Source: Ginglymostoma cirratum (lineage: Eukaryota). From it: 64,000 bases of DNA. The stretch is taken from contig JAHRHZ010000218.1 of assembly GCA_024137785.1 (NCBI GenBank), positions 31,684,574-31,748,573 of the forward strand, written 5' to 3'. A program made the translations under genes and the position numbers. Shown piece after piece: positions 51,698-63,549 of this stretch (position 1 is the stretch's first letter; each line of letters starts with the position of its first letter). The notes below the pieces were generated by a model. That model saw only the letters and a program-made list of their open reading frames with translations, searched no databases and was not told the origin of the DNA.

Positions 51698-51747
51698 GAG
51701 ATAACAAGCATGGGGCTGGATGAACACAGCAGGTCAAGCAGCATCAT
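51698..51747 (-). mobile_element. 50-bp PLE family-A tail micro-insertion, 14-bp TSD
   Basis: First 46 bp identical to 4721-4766; CAAACTTGACCATC at 51684-51697 and 51748-51761. Confidence 0.9.
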
Positions 51748-51874
51748 CAAACTTGACCATCTGTTCCTTACAATCAGGAGCAAATATTTTTCAATCCAAT
51801 ATGAAGAGAAATGATAGCGAGATCTAGGATTTGTAAGAGACCTTAGTCTATATGGCTGCCAGTGGAAAAAGAAC

Positions 51875-52907
51875 AAAAAATACAAAAGAGAAGTACAGCA
51901 CAGGAATAGGCCCTTTGGCCCTCCAAGCCTGTGCCAATCATTGTGCCCTAACTAATCTAAATAACAAACCTTCTGCCATTATTCAGTCCGTATCCCACTA
52001 TTCCCTCCCTATTCATGTAACCTTTCGGGTGCCTCTTAAATGTTGCCAATGTGCCTGCTTCCACTACCTCTTCTGGCAGTGCATTCCAGGCTCCTACTAC
52101 TCCCTGTGTGAAAAACTTCCTTCGCACATTTCCCTTTAAACTTTCCTCCTCTCACCTTGAACCTGTGCCCCCTTGTAATTGAAACTTCAGTACTGGGAAG
52201 AAGCCTCTGATTATTCACCCTATCTGTGCCTGTCATAATTTTGTAGACCTCTATCAAGTCTCCTCTCAACCACTGTCTTTTCTGTGAAAACAATCCAAGT
52301 CTGTCTAACCTTTCCTTATAGCCAATGCCCTTGAGACCAGGCAACATCCTGGTGAATCTTCTTTGTACTCTTTCCAAAGCTTCCAGGTCCTTTTGGTAGT
52401 CTGGCGACTAAAACTGCACACAATACTCCAGATGCAGCCAAACAAGGGTTTTATATAGCTGCAACATGGTTTGCCAACTCTTGTACTCCATACCCTGGCT
52501 GATGAAGGTGAACATGCCTTCTTAAACACCTTGGCCGCCTGTGTTGCCACTTTTAGGAAAGTGTGGACCTGCACCCCCAGATCCATCTGAATGTTATTGT
52601 TCCTTAGGGTTCTGCCATTTACAGTATAACTCACACCTAAATTTGATCCTCCAAAATGTATTACCTGGCATTTGGATTAAGCTCCATCTGCCATTTCTGC
52701 ACCTAGTCTATCCTGTTGTATCCTTTCACAATCGTTGGCACTATCAGCAACTCCATCAATCTTCATGTCACCTGCAAACTTGCTAATCAGACCACTCACA
52801 TTTTCCTCCAAGTCATCTATATATACTACAAACAATAGAGGACTTAAGCCTGATCTCTGTGGAATGCCACTAGTTACTGGTCTCCATTCTGAAAAACACT
52901 CTTCCAC
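51875..52907 (-). mobile_element. CR1 LINE fragment (RT to 3' end)
   Basis: ORFs SGIPQRSGLSPLLFVVYIDDL..KFAGD and ERVQRRFTRMLPGL..LRGDLIEVYKIM. Confidence 0.95.
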
Positions 52908-53204
52908 CGCTAGAAAATAGGGATAAATACCTATTTCTTCCTGTCTCCAAAAATGATAGACTGGATAAACACAATTCAAATACAGGCTTTGAGCCAGGAA
53001 ATAATATTGCTACATTCTGCTACATGTTACTTTTTTCTCTAAATATCGATCTAACTGTAAATTATACTGTTGGTTAAGCTGACTCGGGCTTTTAATACAA
53101 ACATCCAAATTGTTGGCCATGAATTTTAAGTACTCCAGACTGCTCACTTTGTCTGATGGTAATCCACAGTCAGTCTGGGATCCAATCAGGAATAGAGGGT
53201 TTAA

Positions 53205-53635
53205 ATTAGAAGAGACTGGATAGGCTGAGACTTTTTTCACTAGAGCATAGGAGACTGAGGGGTGACCAAATATAAGTTTATAAAATCAAGAGGACTACAG
53301 ATAAGGTGAATAGCAGATGTCTTTTCCCTGGGTGGGGGATTTCAAGACTAGGGGATGCATTTTTAAGGTGAGAGGAGAAAGCTTTAGAAAAGAGATGAGG
53401 GGCAACTTTTTTTACCCAGAGGGTGGTTCATGTATGGAATGAACTTTCAGAGGAAATGGTGGATCAGGGTACAGTTATAACTTTTAAAAGACATTTGGAT
53501 AAGTACATGAATGAGAAATGTTTGGAGGGATATGGGCCAAGCACAGGCAGATGGGGACTAGTTTAAATTTGGGATTAAGGACAGCATGGACTGGTTGGAC
53601 TGAAGGGTCTGTTTCTGTGCTGTATGACTGTATGC
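53205..53635 (+). mobile_element. CR1 3' end
   Basis: AGACTGAGGGGTGACC..TATAAAATC..TGGAATGAACTT..GTGCTGTATGACTGTATG. Confidence 0.88.
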
Positions 53636-54431
53636 TCCTTGGGAATCAAATCTCTGAGACATCATTCACTGAGAACTCCAACTGATTAGGAGCCTCCCTG
53701 TTGCACTTGGAGTGAACTCTCAATCAATGTCATTAACAATGTCTTCAGTCTGTGACCAAAAGCTTCACAGGGTATGGCTGGCAATGTGCTGTCCTGTCTG
53801 AATTGATTGAAACAACTCCATAAACAGAAAGATGTCCAATTGGCAATGCCAAAGAACAGTGTGGGCTACCCATGGTGGGAGCTCAAAATGTTTGGGAATT
53901 CACATGGCGGTTTACTTGAATGATGAACCAATTAACATTTCAGACTCTTGGGTTGTGGGATAAAACAAGCCAACACCTTGCCTCTAAATTGACTAAATGG
54001 AGACAGTTTCTTTCAGCAGACAAGAATACGTAATGTGCTGCTAGAAGTTAATTTTTCACTAGTGGATTCTAGCAAATGCAAAGATATAATTTATTGATTG
54101 TCGTTCCCACTAGAAATCAACTTTAATGACTTTTGCTGATGCCAGTCCTGGACAAGTCAGATCTGAGAGTAAAACCTGGCTTGATAGATTATAAGACTAA
54201 TTTTTGCAATTGGTTACTGTGATGGTTACACGCTCAAAATTTTCACATGAGGCTGCCAATGTCCTTTAACATAAGAAAACAAGTTTATTACACAAAAATG
54301 CTAAGCTACATATAGACAGTTTAGAAAAGTATTAACGTATACTTTGAGATGTATGGCATATATATCTGGCATCACATCAGCACTGAAATTCATATCACAC
54401 TGCCAATGATATAAGAATCATATTAAACAGC

Positions 54432-55040
54432 ATGTCCTGTTAACCATTCATTGTGAGAAGTTCCGAGCATAGAAGCAGGGATATGTTGTTGCAGTTATAC
54501 AAGGCCTTGGTGTGGCCACACCTAGAATACCTTGTGCAGTTTTGGTCTCCTTTTCTGAGGAAGGATGCTCTTGCTCTTGAGGGAGTGCAGCAAAGGTTTA
54601 CCAGGCTGATTCCAGGGATGGCGGGACTGACGTATGAGGAGAGATTGACTAGGTTAGGATTGTTTTTGTTGGAGTTAAGACGAATGAGGGGAAATCTCAT
54701 AGAGACTTATAAAATTCTAACAGGACTGGACAGGGTAGATACAGGGAGGATGTTCCTGATAGTGGGTGTGTCCAGAGTCAGGGGTTACAGTCTGAGGATC
54801 CGGGATGGACCACTTAGGACAGAGATGAGGAGACATTTCTTCACCCAAACAGAGGTGAACCTGTGGAATTCATTGCCACAGGAAGTAGTTGATGCGAAAT
54901 TGAATGTATTGAAGAGGCAGCTAGATATCGCACTTGGGGTGAATGGAATCAAAGGTTATGGAGACAAAGCGGGTTTAGGCTACTGAGTTGGATGATCAGC
55001 CATGGTCATGATGAATGGCGGAGCAGGCTCCTATCTTCTA
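54432..55040 (+). mobile_element. CR1 LINE 3' fragment
   Basis: 177-aa ORF LLQLYKALVWPHLEYLVQFWSPFLRKD...NLWNSLPQ. Confidence 0.95.
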
Positions 55041-55464
55041 TTTGCAGTAGCAGCATAGTGATAGTGCTGAACCCAGTCTGTGTTTGCAAGCTTCAGAACA
55101 GTATGTCCACCAATATATGTGATTTTGCTATCAGACATCATTTATAAAATATTCCAGAATGTGCTAAGAATAATACCAGAAAAGAGTTTAAGATTATCAG
55201 TCATGTTCACAACATAATGCATTTACATTTGCTAGAAGTTATGTATATTATCCCACAGGACCCTTTTTTATGAAGTCAAAAGTTACATACCTTTTTCATT
55301 GGAAAACAAAAAGAACTAATGCTAAATCTCTGTTGCATTCCTGTGGCAACACCCTAATTAATCAGTCTACCTGCCTGGTCTGAGAATTTAGATTGACAGT
55401 TAATTGTTGCTGCTGTATCTCCCTGTTAACGACAGCCCAACAAATCAGTCATGATGTGGAGGTG

Positions 55465-56282
55465 CCCCGTGTGCGCGCACACACTCTTTCACTGTCTCTC
55501 ACTCACTCAATCACTCCCTCTCTGTCTTCCCCCCCACCACACACATGCCCGCACTCTCTCCCTCTCACACGTGCACACTTTGTCTCCCCCCCCAATCTCT
55601 CTCCTCTCTCTCTCTCTCTCCACTCTCACACTCACATTCTCTCTGTCTCTTTCTCACCCCTCACACACAAACATTTGAATCTATGGGGTGAACTTGTATT
55701 TGCAGAAACATTCTAGTTTGTTCAAAAAGCATGCAATTTGTAGACAGTCAGTCAATGTGGCATTTTGTAAATTCCTATTTTAGAACCCGTTTGTGTTTTG
55801 GTTTGGAGTCAGACAGTTTCTATTTCTAAACAAGGCCTCACACCTAACATGAGATAACAAGGTGTAGAGCTGGATGAACACAGCAGGCCAAGCAGCATCA
55901 GAGGAGCAGGAAAGCTGACATTTCGGGTCTGGATCCTTCTTCAGAAAAACCTAACGTATTGTCTGACCTAAAATATCACCTTTTCTTTATACTGATAAAA
56001 CTTTTCATTCTCTCAGGACAGCGACTTGTAAGGAATTCAGGGATTTACATATACATATTAATCAATTAAAACCTTCTAATCGATTGAAGATTTAACAGTA
56101 CCTCAGGTTTGTTTAATACATCCTGATCAGTGGTGTGACCCTTTGATTTTTTACTTATAAATTGTATGTCTGATACTATGTGTTGCACTAATGCCTGATG
56201 GAGGAGTGAAGCTCTGAAAGCTTGTGTTTTCAAATAAACCTGTTGGACTATAACTTGGTGTTGTGAGATTTCCGATCTTGTT
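55465..56282 (+). mobile_element. Putative PLE family-C 3' region (CT/CA-rich tract plus tail with a decayed hammerhead at 56195-56223)
   Basis: Low-complexity 55470-55670, then CTGATGGAGGAGTGAAGCTCTGAAAGCTT followed by AAATAAACCTGTTGGACTATAA. The PLE assignment is inferred from the hammerhead architecture; no ORF is seen. Confidence 0.55.
55851..55948 (-). mobile_element. Solo PLE family-A tail nested in the family-C region
   Basis: Minus strand TTCTGAAGAAGGATCCAGACCCGAAATGTC..TTGTTATCTC; ACCTAAC at 55842-55848 and 55949-55955. Confidence 0.88.
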
Positions 56283-56315
56283 AACAAATTAGTGACATAT
56301 TTTTCCAAGTCTGTT

Positions 56316-56357
56316 TCTTGCATCCTAGTTCTGATGAGTGTTAGCATGAAAAGCTTA
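56316..56357 (+). ncRNA. Second family-D hammerhead-like motif (partly decayed)
   Basis: TCTTGCAT..CTGATGA-GTG(TTAG)CAT-GAAA-AGCTTA. Confidence 0.5.
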
Positions 56358-56470
56358 ATTTCTTGTCTCTTTTTTAGCAAAATAAGTTCTTTACTGCAAG
56401 TAATTATTCTTGGATTCTGTGCCAAAAGCAGGAAGTATGCATATTTTTCAATCTACTCTGATCTTTTCTG

Positions 56471-57052
56471 CAAGATGGCGGCAGAGTAAGACGCTCCAAC
56501 TGGAATTCCTCTGCTCCACCTGTTCTCTTTCTTTTCCTTTTTTTCTCTTTTCTTTTCCCCTTTCTGCGTTAGGCGAATGGAGGAGCTGACGAGCTATGGA
56601 GGCAAATCCCAGAGCAGAGGCCGGCGCGAGGAATGTGGTCCCGGAGCAGTGGCTGGAGCGAGGGAAGCGGTCCCGGAGGAAACTTACCTTTGAGCAGTTG
56701 AGAGCCAGTGTGGAGTGGATTAGAGGCTTGGAACAGAGCGGAAATAGTTGTTGGACTGGGCCTGGCATGGTGGTCAGACCATGTGGAGAAGCCCCTATAC
56801 TGAGCTGCAGCAATGTAATGTTTATTTGAATGTTTTTTCATCTGACTGTTATGTCAATTCTTTGACAATGTATTATTCCTAACTTATTCTACAAACACTG
56901 TGAAGAAATGCAGCTACTTTTCTTTTTATTCCTACTTTGTATCTAAGGTTTGTACCTAAGATGGCACCTTAAGAGGTGACACTGTAAATCTGTTCACTGT
57001 ACTCCTGTACTTGAGTATACATGACAATAAAGGATATTCTATTCTATTCTAT
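56471..57052 (+). mobile_element. Non-coding retroposon with a YY1-like 5' end and an AATAAA+(ATTCT)n tail
   Basis: Starts CAAGATGGCGGC and ends GACAATAAAGGATATTCTATTCTATTCT. Confidence 0.65.
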
Positions 57053-59270
57053 AGTATCCATTGTACTTGCACATTTCCAAACTGATGAGGGAATTCTATT
57101 CCCTTCCTGCTTACTGATCACTGAGTCTTATGTTTTGAATGTCAAAATCAATTTGTCCATTGGTGAGATGTTGAAGAATTTGCCAGTGGTTTAATATTGG
57201 TAACACTTTTCTCAAAACGAAACTGGTAGCTTGGTATGAATTTTTGAACTCTGAATTTGAAACAAAGATAACCTTGATTGAAAGGATTGAAATTTCTTGA
57301 AAAGAAATTAGCTTTCAACAGTCCTGAAGCCTAAAGGTGTGTGCCTCATCTCTCAATAGCATACATTTCAGTAAAAAGTGCTGGAGAAACATGGTAAATC
57401 TGCAACATCTGTAGAGAGAATAACAGAGTTAATGTTTCAAGCCCATGATGACTCTTGAGTTTCTGAACATTTTTGTGTTTGTTGGTTGTGTTTGTATGTG
57501 CATGCATTTTCTGTATCTATCTTTTGATTTTAAATGATCCTGTAACAGTAGCAAAACCTTTCTTAGCTGCCATCTTAGTTTCAGTCAAAAGTATGTTTGC
57601 CGTGGATCCCTGAGCATCTTTGCTGCTTTGTGTCACGGTAGAATCTTTTGAGGTTTAGATAATTTATCTGGCCTTTCGAAGTTGATTGACCTGGGTCTTG
57701 ATGACCAGTCCTTGAAGGTTGTGAATGTCTTTTTTTTTGAGCAGTCCCAGATTTTACTGCCAATGTTGAGCAAGGAAAGAATTGAATCATTTTATCTTTC
57801 TTGATCACTGTTCAGAAGTGGCAAGTTTGACATGGACAGAATGGTGGTTGTAATCTCCATTGTAGGGAACAGCAAGGAAAAAGCTCTATCAATAGCGTCT
57901 AGTTACTCTGGTTTTCTCTTGCTAAGATTGGGGGAGGAGAGAAATCAATCTGTTAATACATAGGCTCATGACTGCCTTAAGCAAGTACAGATACAATTGA
58001 TTGTGTGTCAGTGAGTAAGGATTGTGCTTAGCTAAGGACTGGAGAGGGTGGTGGAGATAGGAGTATGTGAAGATGTCTGAGCACTAATAAATCGTTGATG
58101 AACAAAGGGAACAATGGGACAACAAAAGTGAGCGAGTGAATGGAGGTTGACAGGTGTCAATTGTATCAGTTTGGGGACATAGTTTTCCCTCCTTTCTTAT
58201 TTGAAAGGAGGGGATCGTATTTGAAGCTTCAGTCAGGAAGGAGATTGGATGGCTGAGAATCTTATGACCAGACATGAGATCTTTCCGTGCTAATGAATGT
58301 TGCGGTAATGTTGGTGAAGTAATGTTTAGGCACCACTGAAGTTGAATTTAAAATATACAGCGAAGCTCCTCTCCCAGATTGATGCAAATGATCTGTCAGA
58401 TATCACGATGAGTTAATTAAATGTTGTTTTCATACCTGTTCAGTTCAGTGGTCCTGTGGGAGGTTTATGTCATAAGAATTTGACGTTGTTCAAACACACG
58501 TCACCAAGTCCTAAACAGCACAAAAGAAATCCTGGATGAATATTTGCTTCATGAGGTACTGTATTGAGTTTGTGCAGAAATATGACTTGTTATAGTGTTG
58601 TTTCAGCTACACTTAGTGACTGTCATTCTAAGGCCTACAACTGAGCACCAGTCCCGAGAAACATCCGTCAAGAAAATTCCTTCTATTAACTGCATGTCTG
58701 AGTCTTTAATCTGTTCTGTAGATCATTGGTTTTCAGTGTCCACTAACCATTACTAGTTTTAAGTTGACTCAGGAAACATATATTTAATCAGACTGATCAG
58801 AAAGCTATTTTCTAATCAATCTATTCAGTGATTTTATCAGGAAAAAATCAGTGATTTTATTACACAGCTCTGGAGCTGGTGTGATTTGAACCTAGGCCTA
58901 CTGGTTTAGAGGTAGGGACATGATGCAGACTACCTCTGCTATGAAGTTTTGGTTTACCTCCTGTCTTGTCAATACTACAATTGTTTCCTTTTCATTCAGG
59001 TTAGCTATCATAATCGTGGCTTTCTCAATGCCTCACAACACGGTGATTAAACAGTGATTCAAGCCAAAAGCAGCTTTTAAGTTTGAAATGTCTGCCATTT
59101 GAAATGCAGATTGACTCATTGAATGGACTGGAAAGTATAAGTTTGATTGAAACACAGTCAAGTGATTTGGAAGATGTCATAAAATTGCACATTGCAACAG
59201 CAGTCATTTGGCCCATTCCATCAGGCTAGGTCTCTCAAAAAAGTATCCAACCAAACCCACCACACAGTTT

Positions 59271-59383
59271 AAATAAAACAATGAACTGCAGATGCTGGAG
59301 ATCTGAAACAAACAAAAATAGAAGTTACTGGAGAAACTCAGCAGGTCTGGCAGCATTTGGGAAGAAAAGAGTCCAGTGACCCT
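59271..59383 (-). mobile_element. PLE family-B tail fragment
   Basis: AACTGCAGATGCTGGAGATCTGAAACAAA..CTCAGCAGGTCTGGCAGCAT..GAGTCCAGTGACCC. Another fragment lies at ~57370-57460. Confidence 0.8.
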
Positions 59384-60404
59384 GTGCAGCTTTCTGCCCA
59401 TAACCCAAATGTTTATTTCCTTTTTAAACAGAGTTCCAGCTCACCTCTAAAAGTTATTTTTGAATCTGCTTCTGTTGTTCAGGCAACAAGGAATGCATGC
59501 AAAATTTTACACATATCTGATCTTTTAGCATCAAATTGATCCATGGAAGTCCTGTGACCAAAATAACATAGCAGCAAGAATCAGTCATCAAAATTGAACG
59601 TGTTGTAATTGGTAACAAACTAAATATTGAATTTCATTAGAAATGTGAAGTAACACATAAATGGGCTTTTGCGGCAGGCACTATTCCAGAACTAATTTAA
59701 AAATGTGCTTATGGTGATACCAAAAGCTGTGATGTAGAATAAACAGAACTTCTCAACAGTGGTGAGTTCCACTTTCACTGATCTACAACCTGGTTCCTTT
59801 GTTGTACCTTGAGGATCCAAGCTTTGAGCTTTGCTCACCAGAGAAATATCAGATTTGATTTCATTGATGCTTTTCGTACTTTGTAATTTCTTATGCTTGT
59901 GAATTCTCTGAATGAGTGATTTCATGGTTGGTGGGTGGAGGGTGTTGAGAGATGGAACTTATTCTGAATTTGATTAGGCTATAAACAGACAAATGCAACT
60001 AAAGCACAATGCTCAGTAACCTTTTAATGATGTAATACGCATTAATTATAGCCAGTCAACCTCTCTGCCATTGAAAATCAAATGCACAGTCTCATTCCTT
60101 TAAGGATTTAATTGAACATTTATTGTTCAATATACCTTTGAAAATTACATCTCTTTTATTGTCTCTTGATCTGCCACCATGATGTGGGCTATTGCTTCCT
60201 GCAGAGTACTTGTACCCAATGTGGCAATACTAGTGTTAGTTCTAACAATTTAAGAACTTGATGTGGATAATGTGGAAATGAAAGATTTAACAAAAATTAC
60301 CACCAGCCTGGTATAGACATCAATTGTAGTCACAGGCACTTCCGTGTTTGGGCTAATGCTAAGCTTTTGTGGGGGGGTGGGGGGGCAGCTGGTGGTGGTG
60401 GTCG

Positions 60405-60622
60405 TCATGTAGCTCAGTTGGCTGGACAGCAGGTTTATAATTCAGAGTGATGCCAAAAGCATGGGTTCAATTCCTGCACTGGTTGAGGTTACTTTGAAGG
60501 GCTCCACTCTCAACTTCTCCCCCTAACCTGCAGCATGGTGACCCTCAGGTTAAACAACCACCAGTCAGCTGTCTCCAATGAGAAAGAAACCCTGTGGTTC
60601 TCTGGACATGTGGTGGCTTTTA
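60405..60622 (+). mobile_element. tRNA-derived SINE
   Basis: TAGCTCAGTTGG A box, GGTTCAATTCC B box, and GGTGACCCTCAGGTTAAACAACCACCAG body. Confidence 0.8.
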
Positions 60623-62394
60623 CTAAGCTTTTTGGTTACAAACTAAATCATGTTTGTCACACTTCAAGTTAAGGTGGAGACTGAGACTTTTATACCCTCA
60701 GGTCATTACCACGATATGGTGATGAAAGCACGAGCATGTCTTTTCAAGGCATACTGCATGCCAGCTGTTAGACATATCACAACATCTAAATGATTTTTTC
60801 TGTGACCAATTTGTGATTACATCCTTCCATTCTAGTTGGCATTTCTTTGCTCGGATATTGTGCTTGGTGGCCACTTTGTAATCTTTCACTTTGAACAGGT
60901 AACGAGTTGTACTGTTGCTCGAACCATTGGCTCAGATCCCAGACATACTGTCGAGGATGTTGTGCTATTCTTATCTTGTAGAGCAAAATATCATTGGGAT
61001 TAAATGGGCAGTGATAAGTTTAACAAATAGCACGTCTGCCTTGGAATAACATTCCTCAGTTTGTTGGCAGAGGCAATAGAAGCCAGCAACAGGGAACTTC
61101 TCAGATCCTTGGAAGCTTTATATTGTTCTTGCACCATGAATCTTTAACCTGTGCCTGCTACCTCTGGGTGTTATTCAGAGAAACAGATGCTCATACAGGA
61201 TAGGACAATTGTCAAGAAGAATTACTATCTAGAGCCTGTGATTGTAATTTATGTATACATTAGGCTCAGGAGGTGAGCAGAATTTCTTCTGAATCCTGAA
61301 CGCACCACAGAAATATTTCAAATCTTTTATACCCTTCAAAACTAAGCCTGCCTTTGAAGTCTGGCAGGTCATCCAGTCCATGCCCACATTATGCACCTTG
61401 TAAGAAAATAGTCACTTTGTTTATCTGCAGCTTTATATCTGTCCTAATTCTGTGTACAAAATAAGCTAAAAATTCTTTGTATGGATTAAAACTCTCTGCC
61501 TTTGAAAAGGCTAACGTAATGCTGGGTTTTAAATTTATTCAAATGTAGACAACCCGCAGATGTGGTTTGATTGAAGGGTAGCTTTGTTTGGTCATTTCTG
61601 TGTCTCTGTGTTTCCTCTCCTTACAAAAGATGCTGTACTTCAAAACATTCACCTATTCAAGTACAAAAACAGAAGAGACATTTCATGCTGCTGCCACATC
61701 AATATTACAGCTAGTGGAACAGTTGTAAAGGAATTCTTAGTCTTGATGTTACTTGAAATAGCGAAATGAATCTCCCTCTCTTCCACCCTCCACATCATAA
61801 TGAGAAAAGTGGCCTAGTAGCTGGGATTAATATTTATAGGAAGATTGGTATCTCTAGCTGTATCTCAAAGCAGTCCTGACTCTATCAGTGTGCTCAAGTT
61901 AGGACTTTAGGACTTAGAAAGGGATGATCAGCTCATCTTCTGTGTTGAAAATACACCACTGCAGGAGTCCTGCCAACTTGTTAAAGCAGGATTCACATTC
62001 TCAAGAGATGTTGCTATCGCAGTGATGAGTTAAGAACTCGTTTTATTGATTACAACATTAAGCAATCCTTTGAAGGGCATTTCTTTTCCTTCACAGTATT
62101 TCTGTCCAGGCTAAACCTTCCTTTGGGTTTCTTCTGAGGGCTAAGTTATTATGCATCTTGGCAACTATGGCACCACATATTGTGGACATCTGCTGGTCAC
62201 TAAATGAAATAATAGTATTTGTTACAATTACATTTTAATATATTTTCTAATCAACCAGCTCAGAGATGTTATGGCACATCTCTGCAGCAGGCAGGACTTA
62301 AACCTGGGTCTCCTGGGCTCAGAGGTAGGGATGCTATAAAAATCCTTAGTATTGTATTTTAATAATTTAATATTAGTGAAGACACAGTGGAGAA

Positions 62395-62850
62395 TTACTG
62401 GAAAGGTGCAGGGCATAGTGACTCACAGGTCTGTGGAGAGTCTTGAGAAGCAGAAGTTTCTCCCTATCAATGAGGAGAAAATAGAGATGTTCAAATCCTG
62501 ATGGGTTTTGATACAGTCAATAGGCAGAAACTGTTTCCAATACCAGCAGGGTAGATAACCAGGGGATATAGATCTAGATTGATAGATATAAAAGCCAGCA
62601 TTGAAATGAAAAAAGTTATTTTTATACACCAGTGAGTTCTTGTAATCTGGAACGCTCTGCCTGAAAAAGTGGAAGTAATGGTTTCAGCTGTAACTTGCTT
62701 AAAAAAGGGATTTGGGCAAACACTTAAAGAGGGAGATAGCAGGATTAGACGAAGGAGCAGGGAGAGGGGCAGCTTTGGATACGCTTTCAATGAACCAGGA
62801 GACAGACATGATGAGCTGAATGGCCTCCTTTAAATGCTTCACCCTACTTT
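62395..62850 (+). mobile_element. Old CR1 3' fragment
   Basis: ATAGAGATGTTCAAATCCTGATGGG..CTGGAACGCTCTGCCTGAAA..GCTGAATGGCCTCCT. Confidence 0.7.
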
Positions 62851-63549
62851 ACGTCTGTGATTACAACTTTAAATATTAGACAACATCATAATTGGGGATT
62901 TAAGATCTGACATTTTTGAATTATGTTGACATTTTGCTCATGAATACATGCATGTAATTGCAGTGGGCATTATAAAACAAGTAAAACCTTCTGGCTAAGC
63001 TTTAGCATGGTGATGACTACTTTTATCCTGTGACAGCACCTTAACAGTTAAAAATGAGATTTGTTCAGACAGGGAAAAATATCTTCCTGCTTGGTTTGAT
63101 ATAATTGTTGCTGGGTCATTGGTTATCAGGCTGATGCTACGGAATTCAATGCAAGTCAGTGAATTCGTAGAAAGTACCTTGTGCGTCTTGTTCAAATATA
63201 TTTTGATTGTCAGCTCTTTCAGACTTTCATATGGCCCTTTTAAAATTAACTGAGCTCTGGTGATTCTTTTTTTGGAAGTATTTATTTAACTGCCTTTAAA
63301 TATGGAGTTTATCTAGAGCCTTTTAAAGAGAACTGTTCAGACCAGATTAAAGAATATTAGGATTGGGAGCCAGCTATTTGGCAACTTGAGTGTCTTCCTT
63401 TATTCAAGAAGGTCATGGCTTTTTTTTTACTTCAACCTGACTTCCTTGCTCAATCCCTATATCCCTTAATTTCCTTACTGAGTATTATATACTGGTGGTG
63501 GTTTTTCCTGGTGATAGTTCCCTCTTAATGTGAATAAAACAAAGACAGA

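Noticed and set aside
57082-57103. CTGATGA followed by the hairpin GGGAAT-TCT-ATTCCC, resembling a hammerhead start
   Set aside because: No GAAA follows stem II, so the catalytic core is incomplete.
59692-59925. 77-aa minus-strand ORF with a hydrophobic C-terminus
   Set aside because: No recognisable domain or splice context; the length is within chance expectation.
60405-60480. tRNA-like A/B boxes here and at other SINE heads
   Set aside because: These are SINE heads without a full cloverleaf, not tRNA genes.
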